Below, one piece after another: positions 1-9,325 of a stretch of DNA of 64,000 nucleotides; the first letter of the stretch is position 1, and each line of letters begins with the position of its first letter. Position numbers and translations under genes: made by a program. The notes beneath the pieces were generated by a model that was given only the letters and a program-made list of their open reading frames with translations, did no database searches and had not been told where the DNA came from. Origin of the DNA: Caecitellus pseudoparvulus (taxonomy: Eukaryota > Protista > Bigyra: Bicosoecida); contig CBFFRQ010000212.1 of assembly GCA_965644315.1 (NCBI GenBank), positions 72,090-136,089 on the forward strand. Direction: 5' to 3'.

Positions 1-645
1 CTCTCTGCCCCTGCTGTATCTATGATTGAAAAAGCAATGACATCTTCAACTGGTTCTATGTATATTTTTCAAGCACCAATCACTCAACAATCCAATATTT
101 TACCAAGTGAAACACAAGACATTACTGTCACTATGCCTTACCGTAATGTTGTAAAAACAGTTCATTTACCTGTACCATCATCTTATACACCAAACGCAAG
201 TGGTATTAGCACAGGTGATGTCATCAGCAACCTCGTATTTGTAGCACCAGACCAAGAATACGCAACCAATTATTTGGCAGGATTTATCGGCGGACAATAT
301 GTGAATTTAAATGGAACTGTTGGCGAATCAACAAATGTGGAGCATTTTATGGCTGCTATGAAAGCCGCTCGCAACTCTCCTTATGACAAATCTTATTTAG
401 CAGGATTTACAGAACTCTTTAAAACTGGTTCATATCAACCCCTTGTAGCAAACTTCTTAAAAGATGAATACAACGACACGAAAGTTGTCGATAGTGGTGT
501 AAATGGTATTAACTCATCAGGCAACCTCAATCTTAAATTCAATCTTCAATCCGCCCCTGCTAATGGAGCAAAACAACTTTTAACTATTGGATATGTTACG
601 ACTGTAATGGAAGTTAAAAACGGTGTTTCATCAGTCACACAATAG
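1..645 (+). CDS. Probable PLV double-jelly-roll major capsid protein, C-terminal part (5' truncated by window)
   Basis: Frame is open from base 1; beta-rich C-terminus LNLKFNL...TIGYVTTVMEVKNGVSSVTQ resembles PLV MCP ends; lies directly upstream of a penton gene. Confidence 0.6.
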   Translation, partial: LSAPAVSMIEKAMTSSTGSMYIFQAPITQQSNILPSETQDITVTMPYRNVVKTVHLPVPSSYTPNASGISTGDVISNLVFVAPDQEYATNYLAGFIGGQYVNLNGTVGESTNVEHFMAAMKAARNSPYDKSYLAGFTELFKTGSYQPLVANFLKDEYNDTKVVDSGVNGINSSGNLNLKFNLQSAPANGAKQLLTIGYVTTVMEVKNGVSSVTQ

Positions 646-742
646 GCTTTTTTATAAAAGCCTTACCAAAAACATATTGCGTCTTTTTACAAACGGATTT
701 TAAAATTTGTTTTTTTTAAAATCTGTTAATATATATATTAGA

Positions 743-1522
743 ATGAATACAAACGAAATTGAAATTTACATAAATAGCGAAATTGATAAATTACCAAGTG
801 AGACCCCATCAAATTGGACGACTTATTTTAATCAACGCATAGAATTAACAGGTTCAAATACTTATGAATTACAAGTTCAAAGCATCTCAATACCAAATGT
901 GTTTTCAGCGTTTAACTCTGTTGAGCGTAATATTGAATATTCGTTTGCCAGTCAAGCAACACAATATTTAACAATTGATGCGGAGCGTGTGTTTCAATCA
1001 TTAAGCGATTTAACAACATATTTAACAACGCTTTTTAATGATGAGATAGAGTTTAGCATAAATCCAATAACACAACGAATGAAAATCAAGAATACAACAG
1101 CAAATACTGTATTTCTGTATAACGATGGGGCAAACCACGCTTTTTTTAACAAATTGGGATTTAGCAAGGCATTAAATAATGTTGCTGGACGCATTCAAAT
1201 TTTAGCAGGCGACGAGGTAGAAGGTCAATATTTACCTGTTTTAATTTCAACGCAACGTGTATATGTGACCTGCGACCAAATTATAAATAACAGTATCACC
1301 CCTTCAAAATCAACACCATCAATTTTAGCGTGTGTGGATTTAAATGGCAGTTTCGGTAGTTTTAGCAATTACATCCAACAAAATAACAATTTTTTTAAAC
1401 ACATCATTACATCAACCAGTAATTTAAATTACTTATCGTTTTCGTTATTAGATGACCATTATGAACCAATTGAATTATTAGGGAGCGGTGTGCGATTAAG
1501 TTTAGTATTAAGACGCTTTTAA
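743..1522 (+). CDS. Minor capsid (penton) protein, PLV/Polinton type
   Basis: IYINSE..PSNWTTYF..IEL, SISIPN, VYVTCDQI, ILACVDL, LSFSLLDD..PIEL pattern of single-jelly-roll pentons; ATG at 743 preferred over TTG 707. Confidence 0.75.
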   Translation: MNTNEIEIYINSEIDKLPSETPSNWTTYFNQRIELTGSNTYELQVQSISIPNVFSAFNSVERNIEYSFASQATQYLTIDAERVFQSLSDLTTYLTTLFNDEIEFSINPITQRMKIKNTTANTVFLYNDGANHAFFNKLGFSKALNNVAGRIQILAGDEVEGQYLPVLISTQRVYVTCDQIINNSITPSKSTPSILACVDLNGSFGSFSNYIQQNNNFFKHIITSTSNLNYLSFSLLDDHYEPIELLGSGVRLSLVLRRF

Positions 1523-1580
1523 GACGCTTTTAAGAAAAGCGTTAGCAAAAGGGGTTTTAGGGGACATGTCCCCTGCGTAA

Positions 1581-1912
1581 GCAAAAGGGGTTATAGGGGA
1601 TAAATCCCCTACGCATTTAAAAATGTTTGTTTATATTAATGAATATTCAAAATAAAAATGGCGGAAGTCTTCATATTGATGGCGAAGATTTAGTAAATGA
1701 AAATTTAAGATTATTAAGAAACGAAAACGCACAATTAAATCAAACCATTCAAGATTTAAGAACACGAGTGATTGTTTTAGAAAGTCAAATGGAGAGAGTA
1801 AATCAATATTTATTTTTATTGAATGAGAGATTTACATTAAAAACAGCAACGACAAACGGCAACACAACTATTTACAATTTCTAATGGGGGATTCCCCTAT
1901 AACCCCTTTTGC
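1581..1912. repeat. 20-bp perfect inverted repeat GCAAAAGGGGTTATAGGGGA (1581-1600 / 1893-1912)
   Basis: Read directly from sequence. Confidence 0.9.
1639..1884 (+). CDS. Small coiled-coil hypothetical viral protein
   Basis: ATG 1639; heptad-like ENLRLLRNENAQLNQTIQDL; bracketed by a 20-bp inverted repeat. Confidence 0.6.
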   Translation: MNIQNKNGGSLHIDGEDLVNENLRLLRNENAQLNQTIQDLRTRVIVLESQMERVNQYLFLLNERFTLKTATTNGNTTIYNF

Positions 1913-1965
1913 CACAGATTTTTTTAAAATCTGTTTTTTTTATAGTAATATATTGTATAAGTAAA

Positions 1966-4410
1966 ATGGAATACAATATGTTTAGCAACAATCTCAATAT
2001 AAATGGCGAAAATATTGAGGACGAAATAAACCAAGACATACAAAATGTTAAAAATGAGATTTTAGACGCATCTCAAAATGTATTCAAAGGAGATGTAATA
2101 ATTCAAGGCACATTAACCGCACAGGAAGAAATTATCCAAAAAATCACAACATTAGAAACCACAGACGGTCTAATTGAATTAAATATAGACCACACCGCAA
2201 ACAATCCAAACATAGATTTAGGGTTTTTAGGCAAATACACAAATCAAGATGATGTCTTTAAAAAAGGAATAGCATTTTTAACAGATGATACAGATTTAAG
2301 TATTTTAAAAGATATAAATAAAGATGTGAGTGATAATATCCAAAATTACCAATTAGCAAATATTAAAATAAGCGACGCAACAGAACCAGAAAACGCCACG
2401 ACATTACAACAAGTAAATGATCTCATAAACAATATTGATACATCAGGATTTTTGCGTATTGATGGTTCAAACCATATGACAAATAATTTAAATGTAGCAA
2501 ACAATAAAGTAATAAATCTTTTAACACCTCAGAGCGAAAAGGACGCAACAAATAAAGAATATGTTGATACTAATTTTTTGCGTGTAGATGGTTCAAACCA
2601 TATGACAAATAATTTAAATGTCGCAAACAATAAAATAATAAATGTTTTAACGCCTCAAAGCGCAAAGGACGCCACAAATAAAGAATATGTAGATACTTTG
2701 ATAAACAATATTGATTTAACGGAATATGTAGATATATCAAGCAATCAAACCATAAGCGGAGAAAAGACATTTTCAAATTCGAATGGTATAAACGCAAAAT
2801 CGTTTCATTTCATAAGACCAAGCGACGGCAACACCTCATTTAATCAAATATACATAGATACAGTAGGCAATATTATTTACCAGAATTTAAGCGGAGAAGC
2901 AAAGCATATTTTTCAAACAAATCAAGGAGGACAACTAACGCCAAGAATGGAAATATCACACGAAGTCAATTTACAAACATCCGTAAATATGAACGCACAC
3001 ACAATAGAGAATTTAGCAAATCCCACAGAAGCACAAGACGCTGTAAATAAATCATATGTAGATAATAACTTCTTACGAACAGACGGAACAAATGAGATGT
3101 TTAATGATTTAAATATGAACTCACAACACATAACTAATGTAGCAACGCCATTAAGTTCAAGCGACGCAGTCAATAAATCATATGTAGATACAGCAATATC
3201 AAATATACCAAGCAATCCAGATATATCAGGGGTTTTAGTCATTAAAGATGGAATTGATTTTTATGAAAATGTATCAGGGTTTTCTATTTCAAATAATTAC
3301 AATTTAAATGTAGTAAATAATGCTTTTGTTTTGAATGCCATTCAAAATCCATCAGGCGTAGCGGACGCAGTTGTATCTGTGAAAAATAATGACAGGCAGG
3401 AAGATTGTTTAACAATTACGATGGATATATGCGGAAATAATATTGATGTGAATTCAAAAACTTATATGAATGATGTCGGAAAAAGTCCATTTTTAAGCAC
3501 AAACGCAGGAGGATTAAGAAACAGGGGTGTATTAAGTATCTTCAACAAAACACCAACCAAAAATACAACCTCATCAGCACCAAATCAACCAAATACGGTT
3601 TTATCATTATCAAGAGACGGTGAAAGTAATGTTGCCAATCCAGCCATTTTAGACATAGCATTAAGCAGTTTTAATCCAGCAGGTAATACAGGCGTTCAAG
3701 CAAATAGCAGAGCATCATTCGTTTTAAATGGTGATTATTCAGGCGACACAGGAAAAGAAGTTTTAAGAATGGATAATACTGGTGATGTGTCCTTATTTGG
3801 AAATTTAAATATGAACGGACATCAAATTAATGGAATACCATTATTACCAACCTCACCAACAAGCATACCCTCAAAACACTATGTTGATTTAATAGCAGGA
3901 CGACCATACACAACCACAAAAATAATGTCAGGTATAGTATTGTATAATTCTATGGAAACCTACATAAGTGTGCCTATATCCACAAGTGATTTAGGTTCAA
4001 TACCAATTGGTAATTATCGTGTAGATGCTGTTGTTACGGAATTTCATACAAACGTTCAAATACAACCACGAGTTATTACCTGTGTATATGATGATAATGA
4101 CACAGCCAGTCATAAACCAAGCAACCCCTTTTTATATTCTAAATTAAATTCTGTGATTGTAGATAGACAGATATTTTTAAACAACGCGCAAGGAATTGTC
4201 CCAGAGTATCCTAATTTTGTATATGGAACGGATTATGTAGCGTGTAATACAAAACATATGTTCCAAAAGACAATAACAAAATCAAGTAATTATTCAACGA
4301 GTATAGATATGTATTATCCTTTGGAATTAAGGCAAAACTCAGGAGGGCAAAACCAGTATAACGTATATTATAAAGTGTTTGTGGAATTAAAATTTACACC
4401 AATGAATTAA
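1966..4410 (+). CDS. Fibre/spike-like protein with DAxNKxYVD repeats
   Basis: Repeated LNM/VxxxxIxNxxxPxxxxDAxNKxYVD units and NQTISGEKTF tail-fibre motif; ATG 1966. Confidence 0.7.
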   Translation: MEYNMFSNNLNINGENIEDEINQDIQNVKNEILDASQNVFKGDVIIQGTLTAQEEIIQKITTLETTDGLIELNIDHTANNPNIDLGFLGKYTNQDDVFKKGIAFLTDDTDLSILKDINKDVSDNIQNYQLANIKISDATEPENATTLQQVNDLINNIDTSGFLRIDGSNHMTNNLNVANNKVINLLTPQSEKDATNKEYVDTNFLRVDGSNHMTNNLNVANNKIINVLTPQSAKDATNKEYVDTLINNIDLTEYVDISSNQTISGEKTFSNSNGINAKSFHFIRPSDGNTSFNQIYIDTVGNIIYQNLSGEAKHIFQTNQGGQLTPRMEISHEVNLQTSVNMNAHTIENLANPTEAQDAVNKSYVDNNFLRTDGTNEMFNDLNMNSQHITNVATPLSSSDAVNKSYVDTAISNIPSNPDISGVLVIKDGIDFYENVSGFSISNNYNLNVVNNAFVLNAIQNPSGVADAVVSVKNNDRQEDCLTITMDICGNNIDVNSKTYMNDVGKSPFLSTNAGGLRNRGVLSIFNKTPTKNTTSSAPNQPNTVLSLSRDGESNVANPAILDIALSSFNPAGNTGVQANSRASFVLNGDYSGDTGKEVLRMDNTGDVSLFGNLNMNGHQINGIPLLPTSPTSIPSKHYVDLIAGRPYTTTKIMSGIVLYNSMETYISVPISTSDLGSIPIGNYRVDAVVTEFHTNVQIQPRVITCVYDDNDTASHKPSNPFLYSKLNSVIVDRQIFLNNAQGIVPEYPNFVYGTDYVACNTKHMFQKTITKSSNYSTSIDMYYPLELRQNSGGQNQYNVYYKVFVELKFTPMN
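2449..2697 (+). repeat. 126-bp (42-aa) tandem duplication inside fibre gene
   Basis: FLRIDGSNHMTNNLNVANNK...DATNKEYVDT repeated at 2449 and 2575. Confidence 0.9.
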
Positions 4411-4454
4411 AAATCTATTTAGCGTGTAAATAAAATATTTAGTTATATTATAAA

Positions 4455-4910
4455 ATGAGTTATACTGGATACCCAAAGGCGTTAGAACAATTTTTAGAAT
4501 ACAATAAAAGAGTATTTGAATTAAAAGATGGAAGCGGTAATGATGTGGATATGAACCATATTCTATCAATTGAAGTTCCTGAACCTGCTCCTGCTCCTGC
4601 TCCTGAACCTGCCCCTGCCGACCCCGTTCCTATTGTATTTAGTGAAGGTCAAACTATTAGCATAGATTTTGGTGGTGGATATATAGCACAATCAGTAGTA
4701 TCTCTTGATGGTGTCAAAACGCAATTGGTGTTTGACGGACTAATGACTATTACTGAAAATAAAGGATTGGAATTGAATGCTACTGCCCCCGAAGAAGCGT
4801 ATGTTGATATTTCAAATAACACAACATATTATGTCTTTTCAAGTGATGGAACATATAAACTTTTCTACAATAATTCTGATTCAGGTGGTGCTACTTGGGA
4901 ACAAATTTAA
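4455..4910 (+). CDS. Hypothetical viral protein with Pro-Ala linker
   Basis: 151-aa ORF, PEPAPAPAPEPAPA linker, AT-rich upstream region. Confidence 0.6.
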   Translation: MSYTGYPKALEQFLEYNKRVFELKDGSGNDVDMNHILSIEVPEPAPAPAPEPAPADPVPIVFSEGQTISIDFGGGYIAQSVVSLDGVKTQLVFDGLMTITENKGLELNATAPEEAYVDISNNTTYYVFSSDGTYKLFYNNSDSGGATWEQI

Positions 4911-4974
4911 AAATATACATAAACATAAATTAATTAATTACACAATAAATTATAATATTTAGTTATTGTATAAT

Positions 4975-5559
4975 ATGAGTTTAGACAGTTTTTCAATCCC
5001 AACTCCTACTGGTGTTTTTGGTTATTCTAAATACCTATACGATGTCGTTGAGGGGTTAGTAACCTCTGTAAATGCTAATGCCACAAAAGCAAATGACAGA
5101 CACGACGCACTTGTCGTAGATATTAGTGCCGTTGAAACTGCCGCTGCCACTGACCGTGCTGCTATTCGTGGTGAAGTTGCTGATTTTGAAACAGCTGTAG
5201 ATGCCTCTTTGAGCGCTCTTCAAACCGCGGTTGATGGTAAAAATGCTGAATTAGACGCGTCTTTAAGCGAACTCTTTACATGGCGGTCTAATAATATAGA
5301 TGAAATTGCCACCGAAGTTGATAAGGCTATTAATTCAAAGGTCAGCCAAACCGCATACGACGCCGTTGTTGCTTCATTACAAAGTGCTGACAGCGCTCTT
5401 ACAACCTCACTATCTGCTGCTATTGCTGATCGCCAATCCAAAGATGTAGAGCACGATGCTAAGTTAGACCAAATTGAAGCATTTATCGCTGCTCTATTAA
5501 GCACATACAATCTTACCGACGCATCTGGTAATGTATTGACTCAAATAAGCGATTTTTGA
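4975..5559 (+). CDS. Ala-rich coiled-coil hypothetical viral protein
   Basis: ATG 4975; long amphipathic helical pattern. Confidence 0.6.
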   Translation: MSLDSFSIPTPTGVFGYSKYLYDVVEGLVTSVNANATKANDRHDALVVDISAVETAAATDRAAIRGEVADFETAVDASLSALQTAVDGKNAELDASLSELFTWRSNNIDEIATEVDKAINSKVSQTAYDAVVASLQSADSALTTSLSAAIADRQSKDVEHDAKLDQIEAFIAALLSTYNLTDASGNVLTQISDF

Positions 5560-5595
5560 TTTAGTAAAATAAATATATTAGTTTAGTATATAACT

Positions 5596-5724
5596 ATGAA
5601 CAAGTGGATGGAAGCTTTAAAACAATGGAATAGCAAACATAACAAATCAGGAAAATATCTGATACCCAAGAAAGGTTCAAAAGAATACGAAGCGGTAAGG
5701 AAATTAATGGCGAAAATGAAATAA
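5596..5724 (+). CDS. 42-aa small basic protein (absent from ORF track)
   Basis: MNKWMEALKQWNSKHNKSGKYLIPKKGSKEYEAVRKLMAKMK*; clearly similar to ORF 27724..27942. Confidence 0.75.
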   Translation: MNKWMEALKQWNSKHNKSGKYLIPKKGSKEYEAVRKLMAKMK

Positions 5725-5825
5725 GTATTTTAGCAAAAATTATATTAATTGTTATAAAAATTAATATAGTTTAAAATTGAATTTAAAGAGATTTGAATTC
5801 TCTTTAAGTTGTTTTCATAATATAT

Positions 5826-6068
5826 TTACTCCTTTGTTTCACCCTTCTCTATCGTATTCAATTTAGCAGTCAGTTCTGCCTCCAACCGCTGAATTATTTT
5901 ATTCTCAATATCAACTTTAGTTTGTTCTAAATGGTTATTTAAATCGTCACGAATTTGGTTCGTATCAATCCTACAGGAACTGTTTATAAAATAATGTTTC
6001 GATAATTTGTATAATACTAATGCTAAACTAACAAATCCAGCGCTACTTAATCCTGTGGTTATATCCAT
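5826..6068 (-). CDS. Small membrane protein
   Basis: N-terminal hydrophobic helix (AGFVSLALVLY) followed by charged coiled tail. Confidence 0.55.
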   Translation of the reverse strand: MDITTGLSSAGFVSLALVLYKLSKHYFINSSCRIDTNQIRDDLNNHLEQTKVDIENKIIQRLEAELTAKLNTIEKGETKE

Positions 6069-6113
6069 ATATATTATATTGGTATTTTTAATATTGTAAT
6101 AATATATATTTAA

Positions 6114-6938
6114 ATGGCAACCGTATTCTACGAGCTTTTAGAGAGCGCATTAAAGTCGTATGTATTTGATAAATTAACAGCATCAAGTAGAGATGAAATT
6201 ACCGAGAGATATAAAAATAATTACAATCCATTACAAGTAAGCACGATTGGAGACATTCCTCAAAAAATAAAAGTCTCACACGAAGCATATTTATGTGCTT
6301 TGATTTGTAATGAATGCTTTAAACCAGTAGGAGAGAGAAGTAATGTATTTGATAATCATTACTTTTACGAAAAAAATATGAGTAATGAGCGAATAGCGGT
6401 ATATTTAAATACATTTATTAATAAAACAGCGATTATAGGGATACGAGGGACTGATTTAACAAATACTGATGATATACGAGCAGATATGGGTATAATACAA
6501 GGTGATTTTGAGAATAATAGTAAATTAATGAATATTGTAAATAATACAATAGGGGTGATAAATCGTTTAATTAGCGATGGATATGAACCTGATAATATTA
6601 CAATTACAGGTTTTAGTTTGGGCGGAGATGTGGCATTGTATTGTGGAGCAACTTTTAACACATCAAGAATAATAACATTTAACGCAGGTTCAAGTCCATT
6701 ACAAGATGAGGTAATATTTAGAAATCCATTAGCAACCAACTATATAGTAAGTGGTGATATAATCTCACAAAATATAGAGCAGGTGTCCCCTCATAATACA
6801 GAGGTTCTAAATATACCAGTAGGAAGCGCATTAGAAGCACATAAATTAAGCACAATACTCTCTCATATATATAGCGATTATGAAAACCAAAAGAGAGAGC
6901 GTGGGCGGTATAAGAGTTTGAGTGTAGTAGATTTTTAG
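6114..6938 (+). CDS. Alpha/beta hydrolase, class-3 lipase-like
   Basis: IGIRGT, ITGFSLGG (GxSxG elbow), TFNAG, GDIIS and C-terminal His. Confidence 0.8.
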   Translation: MATVFYELLESALKSYVFDKLTASSRDEITERYKNNYNPLQVSTIGDIPQKIKVSHEAYLCALICNECFKPVGERSNVFDNHYFYEKNMSNERIAVYLNTFINKTAIIGIRGTDLTNTDDIRADMGIIQGDFENNSKLMNIVNNTIGVINRLISDGYEPDNITITGFSLGGDVALYCGATFNTSRIITFNAGSSPLQDEVIFRNPLATNYIVSGDIISQNIEQVSPHNTEVLNIPVGSALEAHKLSTILSHIYSDYENQKRERGRYKSLSVVDF

Positions 6939-7032
6939 AAAATCTATGGCAAAACAGGGAACCGCAAGCGGTTATATTTTTAGGTGGTAAAGTGGAGTAT
7001 ATTTCACACATCACACACATTGTTAAAATACT

Positions 7033-7340
7033 TAGTTCCCAATAAGCAAAAGTCTATTATAGATTATTACTTATTGGGAACTATTCAGGAATTATCTTCT
7101 TACATAGGGGGTTGTAAAATAGATTTCAGTTAAATTAATGGTTCTTTGATAGTTGGTAAAGGTCTTTTCTTATCTCTGGCCCCCTTATCAGTAGTGTCTT
7201 CATATATGGGTATGAATGCTTTTAGGGGGGCCATTAATTCTTGAATACTTAAATTAATGAATTTTGGAATACTTATCTTACTACCCCCTCAAAGGCATTC
7301 ATACCCATATATGAAGACAAAGCCTTTAGGGGGGTAGTCA
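7033..7340. repeat. Cluster of subterminal hairpins
   Basis: 14-bp stem 7033-7046/7070-7083; 25-bp stem 7195-7219/7295-7319. Confidence 0.85.
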
Positions 7341-7646
7341 TTAATTGTAAAATACTTAAATAAATAAAAAAAAATGAATTGTAAAAAAAATGAAACATAC
7401 AAAACCATTTAATTATTTGGTTCTCTCTATGTGTCTATTTTGTTTTGTAAAAGAGTAAGATCAAAGTATGAATAAACGTGAATGAGGGTGTATGTGAGGG
7501 GGTAGAATAAGGTGTGTGCTCACTCGCTACGCTCGTTGTGCGGTGCCGACCTTGGGAGGCACATTTTGGCGGATGTTGTGAGATAATTAGCAAGGGGACC
7601 CCCTTGTGATTGGCGTCAAAAATGGTCAAAAATGAGATATTTTAGA

Positions 7647-7809
7647 AACCAAACCACAAATGGTGTGAAGAATTGTTGGCGGATTTCATCACAAGACCAT
7701 AAAAAATAAATTTCACACCAGCACACCACAAATGGTCTTTGGCGGATGATTTCATTTCAATCACAAGACCATAAAAATAAATTTGAAGCAACCAAACCAC
7801 AAATGGTGT
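7647..7809 (+). repeat. Degenerate ~72-bp subterminal tandem repeats
   Basis: AACCAAACCACAAATGGTGT at 7647 and 7790, ACCACAAATGGT near 7724, ATCACAAGACCATAAAAA twice. Confidence 0.75.
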
Positions 7810-7867
7810 CAAATGAGGCGAGTGATTGACAGACACGAGACGGTGATGGTGTCCAAGAGGCCATGTC

Positions 7868-7947
7868 TGTCACCCGCCATTCAAACCAGTCATCGTCGCC
7901 CCTTTATATATAGGGGCGACGATGACTGGTTTGAATGGCGGGTGACA
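7868..7947. repeat. 80-nt palindrome with 36-bp perfect arms
   Basis: 7868-7903 is the reverse complement of 7912-7947; loop TTATATAT. Confidence 0.95.
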
Positions 7948-7980
7948 CACCGGGACAGGCAGTGATCCGTCCCCAGTTCC

Positions 7981-8520
7981 CCAGAGAGGGCGCGCGCGTT
8001 CGATCACCTCCTGGCGGAGGCAGTCCGAGGAAAAGGCCGTGTGCTCTCGACCCAGGACGGGGCGGACATAACCGCAGCGTTGAAGGCGCACACCGGGGTC
8101 GGCCTCGGAGGCCTGCGGTCAGGCTGCCACAGGTTCTGGGTCCAGCAAGGGCTCCCAGCAGCGGCCATCCACCAACAGGGAGGGTGGGCCCCGACCTCGA
8201 ACGTTCCCAGCCTCTACTACTGGGGGCGGTCCGGGGTAGGGTACAGTCTGCTGCGGGACGCCATGCGGGGCAACAGGCGGCCCAGTCAGGACTCGGGTCG
8301 CAGCGAGGCTTCCTCACGGACAGGGGGCACAACACAGTGGGGGGGTACTCAGAGGACCGGGTCCCTGAGCTCCACCCCTCCGTCCGGCACCGCACGGCCA
8401 AGGAGAGGAGAGGATTGCCCTCCCCGGCGTCCACCAATGGCCAACACCGGTCAGTGGCCCCCCTGGGGGGGGGAGGGGGGGCAAGATGCAAGGGTAAACG
8501 ATGTGAGATGTACGCCTTAA
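7981..8520 (+). pseudogene. C-terminal remnant of a tyrosine recombinase (DIRS/Ngaro-like)
   Basis: GLRSG...QGL....I.QQGGW..S.V..LYY matches YR box II (xxR...GxW...Y); HxxR His missing; in-frame stop at 7963 and no N-terminal half. Confidence 0.5.
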
Positions 8521-8695
8521 CACCTTGGGGCCACCGGGTACGGGAACCCGCCGACTGCAGCACGCCGGTGCCGAGCGCGGGGTCACCGTGGTGTCGGGCG
8601 ATCTGGCAAGGATGCATTGACAACAATGCATTCTAATACCACACCACCCGCTCGAGCGTTCAGCAGAACTTCCCTGAGCCGGAGAGTCGTACATT

Positions 8696-9325
8696 TTGTT
8701 CCATGCATTTTCTGGCAAGTCGCACACCAGCACCTCTCGCCCTCTCTCTGCCGCCTCGAGTTGCAAAGAGAGTGCCGAGTACTGGTATCCGTCCTGGGAG
8801 GACGCTCAGGGCGAGTGCCTCACCCTGCAAGAGGTGAGGCGCCGCCAGAGCGAACGCTTCGCTGCGGTCCAGGACTTTTCTTCCATGGACACCCCCTTTG
8901 AATTTTTGAAGCTACTGGCGTCTTTCAAGGAGCAGTCTCTCCGAAGAGATCATGCGAAGCAAATCGGCAGTCCACTCGAGCCATCCGACACGCGCACGAT
9001 GGAGGCGTTGCAGGCCATGTTGGACATCGCCAGAGAGCTGCTCGGAGTACTTCGCGACCACGCATACAGCCTTGCGCGAGATGTGCCGCAGCTTCCAGTG
9101 GACGCGAAGTGGCATACGCTAGGTTGCCCGCAGCTGTACATCGTTGCTGCCGTGCTAGGGCCGATGTGGACCTACCTGCGAGGGGAGGACGGCTGCGCCA
9201 TAAGCTGGGGCTTCGTCACGAGGGCATTCCGGGACTCAATGATGAAATGCCAGGAGAACCTGGCGGAGAAGATAAAAGAGCGCGTTGAAGAGGCCCTGCA
9301 TGCACGTTCACTCCCTGTTGCTGTT
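8696..9325 (+). pseudogene. Host ORF interrupted by the virophage (continues at 32497..32622)
   Basis: TSD ends on a codon boundary; joined empty site reads on for 41 codons to TGA 32620-32622. Confidence 0.55.

Larger units (their letters stand above)
1..7950. mobile_element. Endogenous Polinton-like virus, right-hand part (left end outside window)
   Basis: AT-rich, intronless, densely packed ORFs including MCP-like C-terminus, penton, fibre and lipase; switch to GC-rich host-like DNA around the palindrome ending ~7950; exact end uncertain because the other terminus is not visible. Confidence 0.75.

Noticed and set aside
7640-7810. Possible CRISPR array
   Set aside because: Only ~3 degenerate units, intervening sequence also repeated, no cas genes, eukaryotic context
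7904-8636. 240-aa and 233-aa ORFs next to the palindrome
   Set aside because: Low-complexity translations of GC-rich DNA; only the 7981 frame carries a recognisable motif
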